Of a DNA stretch of 64,000 nucleotides, positions 1-13,904 are shown in pieces. Made by a program: the position numbers and the translations under genes. Each line of letters opens with the position of its first letter. Positions within the stretch are counted from its first letter, which is position 1. This DNA is from Macrostomum lignano (Eukaryota), in assembly GCA_002269645.1 (NCBI GenBank), contig NIVC01000175.1, positions 372,001 through 436,000 on the forward strand, given 5' to 3'. The notes under the pieces were generated by a model that saw only the letters and a program-made list of their open reading frames with translations, was not told where the DNA came from and did no database searches.

Positions 1-112
1 TCTCACCCTTTATTCTATTCATCTCACCCTCCACTCTGCCATTCATCTCACCCTCCACTCTGCCGTTCATCTCACCCTTATTCTGCCATTCATCGCACCC
101 TTCACTTCCCTT
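1..112. repeat. Minisatellite, degenerate ~21-24-bp unit, running off the window edge; reverse complement of the 833-1295 array
   Basis: Repeated TCATCTCACCC; TTCTATTCATCTCACCC is the exact reverse complement of part of the GGGTGAGATGAATAGAATGAA unit at 833-1295. Confidence 0.8.
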
Positions 113-832
113 CTGTTAATAATATTACATAAGAATTTTGAACAAACAGTTTAATTTTAACTTGTTGATTAGGACAGACTGCTGCATAAGGCCACGCCAT
201 GTTCTAAGCTTCGTAGATCTCCTTGAGCGACTAATCGCTTTGCCAAAAGAAAATTGAGATTATAAACACAATGAAAACTGAAGCAATAAAGAATAGTATG
301 GTTTTTTGACACGTTTGACAGGGCAAGGAGGTTCTTTGAGGTTGAATGGCTCAAAGAAGTCAATAGTCATTATCGTTGGGTGGGTGGGCAGTCAAAGCTA
401 CAATAATTGATTGGGAATTTCTTTTACTAGTAGGGCGGAGAGTTGGCGCCACTAATCTTCGCTTTTTTAACGATAGCCTGAAAATAATTCACAGGAATAA
501 GCCTTAGACTCCTAATGCTCGTATTCTTGAATTCTAAAAACTATAAAAAATGCTAACAAAAAATAAAAAAGTATACAATTTTATAAAAATAAAAATGTAA
601 ATTCCAACTACAAAAATATGTATATTTGTATTAAAATAATGAGAAAGTTGATCTGCTCTTGACTAGCTAATGACGATCGTCTGATTGCTCCAATGATTCT
701 GAAATGAACGAGATGGGTTTAACACCAATTATTGTAATAATTTCGTACCATACTTTTATCCAACTAAATACTCAAATCGCAATAAGCGGTGATAAGAATA
801 ACTAAATTAAAGGTTGAGATTAATGGCAGAAT

Positions 833-1295
833 AAAGGGTGGGATGAATAGAATGAAGGGTGAGATGAATAGAATGAAGGGTGGGATGAATAGAATGAAGG
901 GTGAGATGAATAAAATAAAGGGTGGGATGGATAGAATGAAGGGTGGGTCGAATAGAATGAAGGGTGGGATGAATAGAATGAAGGGTGAGATGAATAAAAT
1001 AAAGGGTGGGATGAATAGAATGAAGGGTGGGTCGAATAGAATGAAGGGTGGGATGAATAGAATGAAGGGTTGGATGAATAGAATGAAGGGTGAGATGAAT
1101 AGAATGAAGGGTGGGATGAATAGAATGAAGGGTGAGATGAATAGAATGAAGGGTGAGTTGAATAGAATGAAGGGTGAGATGAATAGAATGAAGGGTGAGT
1201 TGAATGGAATAATGGTGAGATGAATGGCATGATAAATGATGAGATAATTAAATAAAACAATGGGATGAATAGAATGAATGGTGAAGGGTGAAATT
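833..1295. repeat. Minisatellite, 21-bp unit GGGTG(A/G)GATGAATAGAATGAA, about 20 copies
   Basis: Direct tandem repetition; produces the 7-residue periodic ORFs 789..1223 and 820..1260. Confidence 0.95.
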
Positions 1296-1854
1296 AATGG
1301 CCAAAATTAAGCGTTTAAATGAATTGAGAATACACAGCTGCAGATATATGTCCAATATGTGTAATCTAACACAATACGAAACACAATCAGTTCACAATAA
1401 AATACTACAAAGAAGTGAAATTCAGACACAAAAGCTTTCAAAATGCATTTTAAAATGAAACTAAGGGGTTAGGAGGACGGACAAAGGAAACAAGGACAGC
1501 AAACACACGCATATCATATAGCAAACACAAAATGGAAAAAAGAGAATCAATAATGCCAGGTGAAACACGATACCCCAAAGTGGCTATAGTGCTGGAATGA
1601 GCAAAGATGAGTCAGTTTTGAAATTGACTAGGCCTAGAAGCTCGTGTCTAGTGCTTAAACCTTTCAGAAGCAGGACGTTGATTCGGCCATATCTTTAATA
1701 ATACCATAGCTAAAATCAACATGTTAATCTAATCCTGAAGTAAAATTTTGCTCTCTTACGTAATCATTGCTTTATCCATAATTAATACGAGGATATAGCT
1801 CGAAGCTCAATGAGCACAAGAAAAGTCAAGTGAATAGCTGCTTTGTCGAATTTT

Positions 1855-2425
<571 letters not shown>

Positions 2426-3154
2426 GAATACTAATCTTTTCCAGATCTTCCAGATTCCTCGAAACCTCCCACAATTGAATCGAAAGTTTGTAAGAATGTT
2501 TTTCAGAAATTTTTTAGCACAAAAAGCTTAGAAACCATTGCCAACAAGAAAATTAGCTTAAAAAATTGCTGGCATCAGAAAAAAACTAAAATTGATTACT
2601 CTTTACGCTATTAATAACCTAATTTAATTTGTAGAATATGACTGTAATCAGCCTCATCCCAGACAGAGAGAGAAAAATCTTTCACACTACAACAAGAAGC
2701 TCCGCAAACAAGAAATGGTTTGGCTAGAAAATGAACCGCGAACACACATTCACCACTACCGAGTACCAGTCGAGTTGCAGCTTACACATTTTGTCACGCG
2801 TCTAAAATCGATTTCTCTAGTTCTCAAGACGAGCACACAAGGAGAGAGAGTGTGTGTTTTAAAGATGAAGAGGAGCTGGTCCGAGTTTTTTTCTCTCGAG
2901 TAAGATAAAAACACGCAGACACACGAGACTGACTGACTGACAGAAACAGCCTTATGTAGAAAATAGGGTAACTCAAGCTAGTATTGATGGCGTTGTAGAT
3001 GTATATACCATATTCGATCGATCGATACTACTGAACAGACTAAAAAACTCGAGTAGCTTGCGTTCGGAAAAAACGCTTGAAGTTACTCTAACTTGCTGTG
3101 CATGCGCCTATGGTTTTTACTTACTCGTAATTATAAACCTGGCTTGCACCCTGT

Positions 3155-3810
3155 TTATCTACCTTAGGCTTAGAGTCAGATCTATCTACCTTGGCGTCAC
3201 TTATAATCAGATTTATCTACCTTGGCGTCACTTATAATCAGATCTATCTACCTTGGCACCACCAGATCTATCTACCTTGGCGCCAGTCAGATCTATCTAC
3301 CTTGGCGCCAGTCAGATCTATCTACCTTGGCGCCACTCAGATCTATCTACCTTGGCGCCACTCAGATCTATCTACCTTGGCACCACCAGATCTATCTACC
3401 TTGGCGCCAGTCAGATCTATCTACCTTGGCGCCACTCAGATCTATCTACCTTTGCGCCACTCAGATCTATCTACCTTGGCGCCACTCAGATCTATCTACC
3501 TTGGCGCCACTCAGATCTACTTTGGCGCCAGTCAGACCTATTTACCTTGGCGTCAGTCAAATCTATTTACCTCGGTGCCATTCAGATCTATCTACCTTGG
3601 CGCCACTTAGATTTATCTATCTACGTTAGCCTCAGTTAGATCTATCTACCTTGCCGCCAACCAAAATCAGATCTATCTACATTGGCGCCACTCAGATCTA
3701 TCTACCTTGCCGTCACTCAGAACCAGATCTATCTACCTTGGCGCCACTCAAAATCAGATTTATCTACCTTGGCGCCACTTTTAGACTACATCTTGGCGCC
3801 GGACTCTACA
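3155..3810. repeat. Minisatellite, 25-bp unit CAGATCTATCTACCTTGGCGCCACT
   Basis: Direct tandem repetition with degenerate ends. Confidence 0.95.
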
Positions 3811-4394
3811 AATATCTATCTTTGTGCTTTTAAGAGCCCATTGTGAACACTTATTTCAATACCCTAACCATTTTACACCTTCTATTATTAATCTGTCTTT
3901 TATTTTCAGCAATGCAGCTACCACCAACACCTTCCCTCCCTACAGCCGCACTTGAAAAATGAGAACGGAACTTCTGGAGCAAATTTTAACTCTCCTGTGC
4001 AGTAAACAGAAGCTGTCAAGGGAAGCGATGCTCAATCGTTCTTAAGCTCAAAAGAATTTAAAGCAAATGTGCCGGCGGTGAAGCAATTGAGAAGGATTCT
4101 TTATAAGCCGAGAGGGAATTGTGTAACCCGTGAAAGACCCTGTCTTCAGCCTCCGACCCTGATTAGCACTCCGACTCTTCCTGAAGGTTTGACACCTGAG
4201 CTTTGAAAACCACTTGATGTCAGTCAGTAATTCAGAAGACGAGAGAAGGATTTCAGCTTTTGATAAATAAGGTCAACTTCTTGCTTGACAATGCATTGCA
4301 GATGGAGTATACTTTGCAGCCTTTTAACTATGGGTTAAATTAACGTTCAGATTTCATTTGGAGCGACTCTACTTGTGATATAGGGTTTTAATTA

Positions 4395-4900
4395 GGGGGG
4401 GGGGGTATAAGTACAAATTGGGGTAGAGGGTTTTGATTAGGAAGTGGTGAGTGTACACTGGGGTAGAGGGTTTGATTAGGAAGTGGTGTGAGTGTACACT
4501 GCGGTAGATGGTTTTGCTTAGGAAGTTGTGCGAGTGTACATTGGGGTAGATGGTTTTGATTAGGAGTGCGATGAGTGTACATTGGGGCAGAGGGTTTTGC
4601 TTATGGAGTGGAGTGAGTGTACATTAGGGTAGAGGGTTTTGATTAGGGGGGTGGGATAAGTACAAATTTGGGTAGAGGGTTTTGATTAGGAAGTGGTGAG
4701 TGTACACCGGGGTACAGGATTTGTTTAGGAAGTGGTGTGAGTGTACACTGCGGTAGATGGTTTTGCTTAGGAAGTGGTGTGAGTGTACATTGGGGCAGAT
4801 GGTTTTGCTTATGGAGTATAGTGAGTGTACATTAGGGTAGAGCCAGAGGGTTTTGATTAGGGAGTGGGGTGAGTGTACATTTGAGTAGTAGGTTTTGGTT
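4395..4900. repeat. Minisatellite, ~39-40-bp unit GAGTGTACA(C/T)TGGGGTAGAGGGTTTTGATTAGGAAGTGGT
   Basis: About 12 degenerate copies. Confidence 0.9.
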
Positions 4901-5597
4901 AAAGAGCGTGAAAGCATGAAAATAACAAACAACAAAGCACATAAAGTATAATCTGGCTTACCTTCTGTTTAATAAAAATCTGCACTAACAACAATTGTCA
5001 CGAACGATGAGGATAGACGATTATGACTAGCACGGATGAAAAAATGCCCTTGATATCTGCAAAAAAATGAAAAATAAGGCAAACAAAATTAGGAATGAAA
5101 ATCTCTAGCTATACTACTTCTACTGGTAAACAAGTAGTATCGCGAAAATATGCTAATCTTTATGTCCTAAAAATCGGCAGAAAAAACAGCTATACTTTTA
5201 TATTCGCCGTTATGGAAGTCTAGCTAACAAAACCATTTAATATGTGAACATATGTTTCATTATACTGTAAATAAACGTTCCGACAACTGTGAAATGCACA
5301 GATGCAACAGCTGGTCACTCTTATATGCCGACAGTCGGATTTTCGGTAAATCCCAACGGTTGCATTAGCAGAAAGGGAGGGAACGCAGCAGTTAAGCATA
5401 AATATCCGGCACTGATATTTTATAAACGTGTGTACTTTTCAAGTAGTCGCAATAACATGAAATATAAAATGGATTCAGCGGCACTGTTATAATCTCTAAA
5501 TTCCCTATGACTTGCAATCTGTTTGGATATATTTTCAATTGATTTTTTACATGATTCTCGTTATACCATTTTTTGCAGCCCAATCCTAGGTCTTGGT

Positions 5598-6380
5598 CCG
5601 CTATGACTGCCTCATTTGATTCTACCGTAGATCATAACTCCCGCTATGACTGCTTCATTTGATTCTACCGTAGATCATAACTCCCGCTATGACTGCTTCA
5701 TTTGATTCTACCGTAGATCATAACTCCCGCTATGACTGCTTCATTTGATTCTACCGTAGATCATAACCCATCATGACTGCCTCATTTGATTCTACCGTAG
5801 ATCATAACCCATCATGACTGCCTCATTTGATTCTACCGTAGATCATAAACCATCATGACTGCCTCATTTGATTCTACCGTAGATCATAACCCATCATGAC
5901 TGCCTCATTTGATTCTACCGTAGATCATAACCCATCATGACTGCCTCATTTGATTCTACCGTACATCATAACCCATCATGACTGCCTCATTTGATTCTAC
6001 CGTACATCATAACCCATCATGACTGCCTCATTTGATTCTACCGTACATCATAACCCATCATGACTGCCTCATTTGATTCTACAGTACATCATAACCCATC
6101 ATGACTGACTCATTTGATTCTACCGTACATCATAACCCATCATGACTGACTCATTTGATTCTACCGTAGATCATAACCCATCATGACTGCCTCATTTGAT
6201 TCTACCGTAGATCATAACCCATCATGACTGCCTCATTTGATTCTACCGTAGATCATAACCCATCATGACTGCCTCATTTGATTCTACCGTAGATCATAAC
6301 CCATCATGACTGCCTCCATTGATCCTACTGTAGTTCATGTTCATCATGAGGTCTTTGTTTGACTCTACCGTAGATCATAA
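5598..6380. repeat. Minisatellite, 41-bp unit CCATCATGACTGCCTCATTTGATTCTACCGTAGATCATAAC
   Basis: Highly homogeneous period of 41 (TCATAACCC at 5761 and 5802); no unique spacers. Confidence 0.97.
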
Positions 6381-9339
6381 CCAACTAGACTATAACTCTA
6401 AGGATCTAAGGGAAGTTTCATTCTTAAACTCAGTTATAACCGCTATAACGTTCAGTATTTGCTATAGCATACTTGGCCAATCAAGATTTCGCTCAGAGTT
6501 TGTTTAATAATCAAAAACTTCCACCCAAGACTTAATCCCGAAAATCTGGGGGTATTCCTTATACAGCGCATAGTAATGTAAAGTAAATACACAGGATTCC
6601 CTGTGTCAGTCCAATGTATAAAATAATATATGTATAAGAATTACGAAAAGCCATCAGTCATGTTGGATCTGCCAACAGTCATCAAAGCCTCGAGACTATC
6701 GAGTATGCGGATAGAGCGCGCGAGCACACAAGGACGGCACGGATCACGGGTAGGGATTGGAGTCAGAGAAGAGAAACAAACTGCTAAACCAGAAAAAGAC
6801 AACTATGAAGCATACGGGATTGCTCAGAAAAGTAGTTCGATCACGCCAAGAGCAGCTTTTCGAGGCAATAAAATACCAGCTATACGACTGAACGTAACAT
6901 AATTTAGAAAAAAAACACACACACGGATAAGCAGCCCACAGGAGAGAGGTCGAGTCACACCTCTCTGTCTCTCTGGCAGTTAGCAAGAGAATTACGACTT
7001 TTCCTGCCAATACATACACGGGAGGTCGCTGCAGTCAGACCATTCTGTTGTCTTGTCATCAAGGATTAATGTGTACACTAATGTGATTGGAGAAACAGAG
7101 TGAAAGATAGAGAGGCTGACGGCAAGTTAAGCGAGGCGTTAGCCGATAACTAACTAACCGGGTTATTAATAATTTAGGCAGGTGGCAGAGAAAGTTTTTC
7201 AAGTGTCTACCAGAAGAGAGGCCAGAAAACTACTATATATAGCTTTCTACTAAAAAGTTAGCTCAAGTAAAAATTCCGTTTATAATTCATTTACCAATAA
7301 GGCCATAAGGTCGTGCTAATGGGCAATTTTTGCAAAAAATCCAATTCCAAAACACTTTTCTCTTTCTCTTAAGCAGCAGTCGATTGAGTTTGGTCGAACG
7401 AAAGGCTTTAAAAAACTGCTAGTCCCCACTGGCTCGCTCAAGCCCGCCCCGCTCTCTCGCTAATGCTCGATTAGGTTAGCCGAAAATCCAATAGGCTCTC
7501 TACACTACCTTTCCTTATACATATTTGTGTAGTCATAGGAAAAAATCTGCTTCCCAACTGGGAATAAGGGAGAAGGAAATGAAGGAAGAGAAGAAACTGG
7601 CAGCTTATCGCTAGTTCTCAGTCGGTGCCTTCAGCGCGGATGCCCACCCAATACGTAACCAATATTACAAAATATTCTACTAACTATTCTCCTCAGTAGC
7701 CTATAACAGCATCTCTATCATTTGAGGCCTTTATCGATTCCTAAAAAACGCTTAAAGGGGGGGGGCGCTTTCATAATTTCCGAAAGCAGCTCGTTCACAA
7801 TTCCGACACTTTATATTCTCGACACGCTTAAACACTAACCCTAACGGAGATATGAAGTTTCGGAGTTATGATATGTTGGAGATTTAAAGTTAAGAACATG
7901 TGGCGTCCATGGCTAAGGTTATCGGAGATATGAAGTTTCGGGGTTGCGAAAGAAGCTGTTTGAAGTAGATATGAAATTTTAGAGATATGACCCCCCAGGG
8001 AGACTTCTTTTAGATAAATGAAAAAAATATAGAGCGAATTAAAATCAACAAAAAAAAGATTAATCGGATCCGAGACAAGCAAATAATGCGCGGCCTAGCG
8101 GCTGACAGATATGAATAATAATGATGGCGCTTGGAGAGACAGCAGCAAAGCTACCATGTCCCATATTTCGCTCTCCCCCGGATGGAAGCCATAATCAAGA
8201 ACGGGAGAAGGATTAGCCTATACAGGCTAGGGATCAAGATGAAAGATAGGGACAGAGAGAAATATAGAGGAGACAAAAAATGGAAGGTGTGACGACTCTA
8301 CGGATCAAGCGCTGAATAATAATGCCGCTGCTGATGCTGCTGCTCACTATGATGATGCGAACCCAATACGAGACGGATGCTACAGGAGCGCTTGAGCAAG
8401 GGGAAAAAGGTATATAGTAGAGCTGAGAATCGACAGACACGAATGGAGAATAAATGGAAGTGTGAGATCCCATGCATCTCAATGCGTGCAGCGTGACCCT
8501 GGTAGGGGAGTGTTTTGAGCTGCGGGCCTTGGAAGCATGTAAGCTATGTAGGGAGTAAGGGACCAAGGGACCGCCATGCGGATCGTTCCGCCTTGAGGAT
8601 TTCCAGGGTGGGGGGAGGTATGGGCAGTATAGAAAATTCCTAGGCTTTTTGGCGAATAGGATGAAACGGAAAACTGGACTTGGGGAGGATGGTGGTGGAA
8701 CATTAGCACAGACTGGAGAAGAGGGAGATGAATTGCAAGAAGACGCTCTCTCCTCCGCCCCTTCCATTCAAGCTAGGCAAGACCGTGTAAATCTTCCCAT
8801 ACTCTCTCCCGTTCCCAATAAGGCCGACCTCCACCCAAAAAACGTCCAACCACGCCTTCCAATCCTCGCCTGTCTCGCGGGGCCTATCCCCAACCCTCAC
8901 CGCCCCAATCCACCCATGGGGCGACCGAGACCCCCCCCCCTTCAAACCGCGTCTCTGCACAACAGCCTCCTCTCACAACAGCGTGCGCCGTCTGCCATTT
9001 CACCCCTCCCCTCCCAACTGTATGCCTTGAGAGTCGTCGACATAGAAGAAGGGGTTGAGAAACAGGGCACAAGACTCCCGCAAGAAGGAGCAGCATTCTC
9101 CACACCCCTGCGCTGCTTTAGCACTGTATTTTTGGCGACTCAAACAAGAGAAGTTTACTTGACAAGAACAATCAATTTTCAGCCGACGGAGTCAACTTTG
9201 TCTACATCACTCTTGGTCTCCATACAGGCACTTTCGCTAGACACAATTTTTTCAAAGAAAAAGCTTCGCATAAAAAAGCAAATGAAATGTCGACACAAAA
9301 CGCTTGACCCGTCTGACCTAATAGCCAAGAAGCAGAAGC

Positions 9340-11748
9340 ATGTTAAGAGCGGAATCGACACTCATATGCGGCATGGCACTGCTGGCACCTCAATTCCTAC
9401 TTCACGCGCCGTTGCAAGCATTCTTTCAACACGGCCTGTGGATTCTAGCGGTGCAGATTGTAGGCGTTGTTATACTGGCACAGCCGTTGATATTTTGCGA
9501 ACTAGCCCTCGGACAAAGAAGCCGTTTTGGCCCGGTAAAATGCTGGTGCTTCGGACCAGCTTGGAAAGGCATTGGCCTGTTAATGCTATTCACCAGTGCA
9601 ATGGATCTGATGTCAATAAACGTAGATCTATTGGACTACTTGACGCAGCAACAGCAGCAGCAGCGAGAAGAAGCAATTATTAATAAAGTACCACTAGTTT
9701 ATATTCAAGTGGGCCTGTGGCTAGCTCTGCTGCCTCTGCTAGTCCTATGGCCAAAGTTCTCTAGCAAAATATGGGTTCTTGGCAGTCTAGTCTGCTTAGG
9801 AGGCATCATCGCCCTATCTGTGAAGTCCCTATGGCTTGGTCACACAGAAGCCAGTTTAAAACGATTATGGAGTTTGTCGATAGCTCTACCGAGAAATCCG
9901 TTGGATCTGCTTCGAACGGCATTGCTACCGTTTTTATCAACAGCGGGTACTGGAATTATGATATCACTAGGCAGCTATCGTTCGGCCGGGGCTAACCCAT
10001 TAGCAGACTCAGTTGTCATAGTAACCCTGACATTCCTGATCGGATCCGTCGTCACCATTTCAACTAGCGGATTAGCCGCAAATTATTGCTTGACTAATTC
10101 GCAATCTGTCGGATTAAATAATCGAACGGTAGTTTGCAATATAGACGAGCCCCAGTGTCCGATGGTGGCGCTCGATGGTGCGCGAAATTCCAGCTGCGAT
10201 TTTCTAGCCTACTACGGAGCCGAGCGAGCCGAGAATGTAATCGAAGGCGCCAATCTTTACGCCCGATTGTTGGAAAGCTTGCCTAAAAATCAAGTATCAC
10301 CAACTGCTTGGCTTTGGTGTCTGCACTGCGTTCTAGCCTGGCTATGCTTAACCTATCTGCTAGTAAGAGCGGACACGTGGATTCGCGGCATTGGCGATAA
10401 GCTACAAGGCTGTAAAGCATTGCGCAATTGTCCGTGGACTTGCCGATTCGTAGCCGCTATAATCGTTTGTCCAGCAATGGCCTCTCTTGCCTATTTAATG
10501 CAGCACTATCGTCGCACGATAAGCATCCGCGATGTCTATCAGTTGTCGACTGTACGCTGGCTTCCGCTACTCCTGGCCTCTTTAGCTTGTTTAGCAATAA
10601 GCCACGGTTACGGCGGAGTTCGCTTTGTGAAAGAAATCGGCGGAGGTGCAGTGATGCGTCCTTGGTTTTTCGGCCTGATTGGCTTTGTCACTCCGGCCCT
10701 GACCATAGCGGTTGCCGGGCTGAGAATGCACGTGTCAATAGCGGCGCTGCTTTGGCCGAACGGTGGCAGAGATGGCTACTATTATTACGTTAGCAACAAA
10801 TTGATTAGCAAGACTATGCACATACCAAACTACGCCAATCTAATACTAGCCGTGTCGGCATTTCTATTCTTATTAGCCGGCCTATTTACTCCGCTAATCT
10901 GGCAGGGAATGTGCCGCAGGCGTCGATGCATCGATCTAGTACAGCCAACTAAGAGTTGGCATCGAAGTCAACAGCTTAACAATCAGAATCATCAATCGCC
11001 AGAGCAGCAGCAGCATCAACAATCTGGTCAACAGTTTCATCCGCGTCGTAGTCGGCACAACTCCGACGATTCTAGCGCAAACGGCGCCGACGTAGTTCGC
11101 GATCTGGGCGCCACCACCATCGAAGAGTCGCCGATGCTTCACAGCATGCGACCTCAGCAGCATCAGCACTACACTCTAGGCTACGGTAAGGCTGGAAATT
11201 CTGGTTCCGCCAGCGCAACGACGGCATCATCGGCTACGATGGACTATAGCATCCGGCATCATAATTATCCAGCGCATCAGCAGCAGTCAAGCGATCCGAC
11301 CTCGGCTACAATGTCTTGGCCGCAGAGGCCACCAGTTGCGTCGGCAATGCCCGATGGAGGAGGAGGAGGAAGCGGTAGCAGCTACGGCACCGTCAGATTT
11401 CAAGGCGGTTCTCGAGCTCAAGAGCTACAGAGGACGCCTCCGGTGCAACAGTACTCAACTGCCACTCTGCCGAGCAACAACAGCAACGCGTCGTCGTCGG
11501 CTGCGGCGGCGGCGGCGGCGGCGGCTGCGGCAGCTAGCGGCGTGATTCGGTTCAACCTCAGCGAAGAGAATCCGACCATGACAAAGACGCTCAATAGAGG
11601 CATATTAAAGAACAAGCACGAAGCCTCGTTTAGACAGCAGCAGCAGCAGCAGCAGCCCGAAATGGTTCCGCTGACAGCTACTAACCACAGCGTAGCACGA
11701 ACCAATGCAGAGCGTCCGCAGCACAGAGGCAGCACAGAGATTTTGTGA
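9340..11748 (+). CDS. Divergent SLC6 / neurotransmitter:sodium symporter-like multipass membrane protein, 802 aa, intronless, with a long Q/S/A-rich C-terminal tail
   Basis: AQPLIFCELALGQRSRFGPVKCWCFGPAWKGIG matches the SLC6 TM2-TM3 pattern (GIPLFxLELALGQ...GP..W..CP.FKGIG). Many hydrophobic segments lie within about the first 520 aa. In-frame stop at 9322 upstream of the ATG at 9340. Confidence 0.8.
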   Translation: MLRAESTLICGMALLAPQFLLHAPLQAFFQHGLWILAVQIVGVVILAQPLIFCELALGQRSRFGPVKCWCFGPAWKGIGLLMLFTSAMDLMSINVDLLDYLTQQQQQQREEAIINKVPLVYIQVGLWLALLPLLVLWPKFSSKIWVLGSLVCLGGIIALSVKSLWLGHTEASLKRLWSLSIALPRNPLDLLRTALLPFLSTAGTGIMISLGSYRSAGANPLADSVVIVTLTFLIGSVVTISTSGLAANYCLTNSQSVGLNNRTVVCNIDEPQCPMVALDGARNSSCDFLAYYGAERAENVIEGANLYARLLESLPKNQVSPTAWLWCLHCVLAWLCLTYLLVRADTWIRGIGDKLQGCKALRNCPWTCRFVAAIIVCPAMASLAYLMQHYRRTISIRDVYQLSTVRWLPLLLASLACLAISHGYGGVRFVKEIGGGAVMRPWFFGLIGFVTPALTIAVAGLRMHVSIAALLWPNGGRDGYYYYVSNKLISKTMHIPNYANLILAVSAFLFLLAGLFTPLIWQGMCRRRRCIDLVQPTKSWHRSQQLNNQNHQSPEQQQHQQSGQQFHPRRSRHNSDDSSANGADVVRDLGATTIEESPMLHSMRPQQHQHYTLGYGKAGNSGSASATTASSATMDYSIRHHNYPAHQQQSSDPTSATMSWPQRPPVASAMPDGGGGGSGSSYGTVRFQGGSRAQELQRTPPVQQYSTATLPSNNSNASSSAAAAAAAAAAAASGVIRFNLSEENPTMTKTLNRGILKNKHEASFRQQQQQQQPEMVPLTATNHSVARTNAERPQHRGSTEIL

Positions 11749-12899
11749 TCCCGTCAGTTACTCGTACAATATTAGCAGCATAATTGTGTTTCTTTGCGCG
11801 CCTGTCTTTTGCGCGCCGAACAATTAGAATCGAATAGATAAATAATTCGAGTTACAATTCATTCTGATGCATGCTAGTTTTAACATGTTTCATTTTTAAA
11901 GAAACGCTAAGATACACCGCAGCCCGTTGTGTTATTAATTATTTTAAAACTTCAATGGCTTAGTCAATAAATGTTGTAAATTTGTTTGATTTTATATGTG
12001 CATGTAGGCAAGTACACAAAGGATTTTCAATAACTAAATTCTATTTTAACAATCATAGCTTCATTTTTAGCTTGAGTTTTAGTCATATTCAATGATTTTA
12101 TCTGTTAATTTATGTCATGTAATATACGTCCGAACATTACTATTGGATTTATGGTATTTGCAAACAACAGACGAGACGAGACGAAAACAATATTTGTATA
12201 AGACAATTTTATTACATTCTATTGCTTGAATATATCGTTTACACGCGAGCATACATAATCTAAATGTATCTTAAGTAAATAAAACTAATAGGAAATATAC
12301 TTTGTTTTTTTAAACAAACAAGATGATTTGTACGGATTTTTATTGCAATAATTTATTGCAAAAATAAAAGAAATATTTGCTATACTTTAATTCAGTAACA
12401 GTGACAAAAAATCTAACCATTTCACTTACCCCAGTTGGAAATGAAATTAACGCAAAACTTCGATTATAGTCTCTTGGCCTCAGACCAGTGGAATAACCGC
12501 CCCTGGGCAGAGCCACTACTTCAAAACTGTCAATCATGCCTGGGAGAAAAATTGAATTGTAAAAATGAATATATACGATATGCTCACTCACAGAGATACT
12601 CCGCGAAAGGGTCATTGAATTAAAATACAGAGTTAATGCGATACGACAGGGCAGTTTCTAGCGTATAGTTCTGCATTCAGGACAAAAGCTAAACTGCGCC
12701 TCTTAGCCAGCATCGCACTTAAAGCCTGATCCACTTATCATGATTATGATTATAATACGGTAGTAACTGAAATATATGTATTACAGAACGATTAATCAGA
12801 ATAACTTTCTCTAGAAGTATCTATTGGAGTTAAGTCTGGCCTTTTTAACAATATCTATTCTTTCTCTCTCCAATCATAGTTTATCTCTCTCATCTCACC

Positions 12900-12932
<33 letters not shown>
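12900..12932. repeat. (TC)n microsatellite
   Basis: Pure TC run inside a pyrimidine-rich tract. Confidence 0.85.
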
Positions 12933-12934
<2 letters not shown>

Positions 12935-13904
12935 ATTTCATCATTTCTCTCTAATCGCATTCAGTATCTCTCTACTATTTTTGTTACTTGCTCATTTTAT
13001 TCAGCTTATCTCAAATCTCCTATCTCAAATAGGAGTAGTTTCTTTTTCCTGTCTCTCCAATATTATCCAATATGTTTCTATCAATCAATCAATCTTAGTT
13101 GAACCAGAAGTCAGATTTTATTCCCTAATTACCGATTTAGAAATTCCCATCAACCAATTCGTACATGCAGAATCAGTCGAACAGAATCAAGCGAACACAA
13201 GCGAAAGGTAAATAAGAACTTTCTTCAGCGGGAGTCAAGGAGCCGTGCGAAAACGCGTCTTGGAAATAAAGTCCTACATCACACTTCGAAAAAAACTTCC
13301 CGAAAGTCCCCTTCCTGTGTCTTGTCTTGCTTCGCTGCTGCGCATCTACCTCTCCCCTCTGTCCCTTCAAGCCGTCTTCACTTTGAATCGCCCGCCCATT
13401 TCAGGGTGAACAACGGCCGTTTACGACCATTGCGATTGCAGCCAGTAATAAGTGCCATCCAACCTCTCTACCGAAAAGTTCTGGGTGATAGAAATTTTCT
13501 GACAAAGAAATTTATTAATATAATTATTAGACGGAAATGCCTTTCAATTAAGCCAATTACGTACAGATCCAATTGGCAGATTGGAATTACCTATTAGAGC
13601 AGAAATAATTGGCTATTGGAGGCCGTCAGATGCTAGCTGACTACAAAAAATCGCTGTGTATTACATATAATTACTTTGCTGGATTGGATCGCTCAGTGAA
13701 ACGAAAAAAACTACGTGTGTGACAATTTGACGAATCTACACAGGCACAAAGTACAAGTGCAGCACATTGTAAGCCTCTGAGTTCATTAAAACTATCTGTT
13801 TGAAAATCACAGTAGAATTTTTTTTACCTTTTTACTGAAAAAGGGAACCTCGTGATTATATTTTAAAAAATATAGGGCGTGACATCTCATGAGGATCTTA
13901 CTTT

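Noticed and set aside
5598-6380. Regular 25-41-bp repeats superficially like CRISPR arrays (also 3155-3810 and 31150-31800)
   Set aside because: Units are directly adjacent with no unique spacers, there are no cas genes, and the context is eukaryotic.
8234-9683. ORFs 8649..9683 (+, 344 aa) and 8234..8767 (-, 177 aa)
   Set aside because: No recognisable domain; start at a non-ATG or run through low-complexity GC-rich DNA; the longer one overlaps the SLC6-like CDS in another frame.
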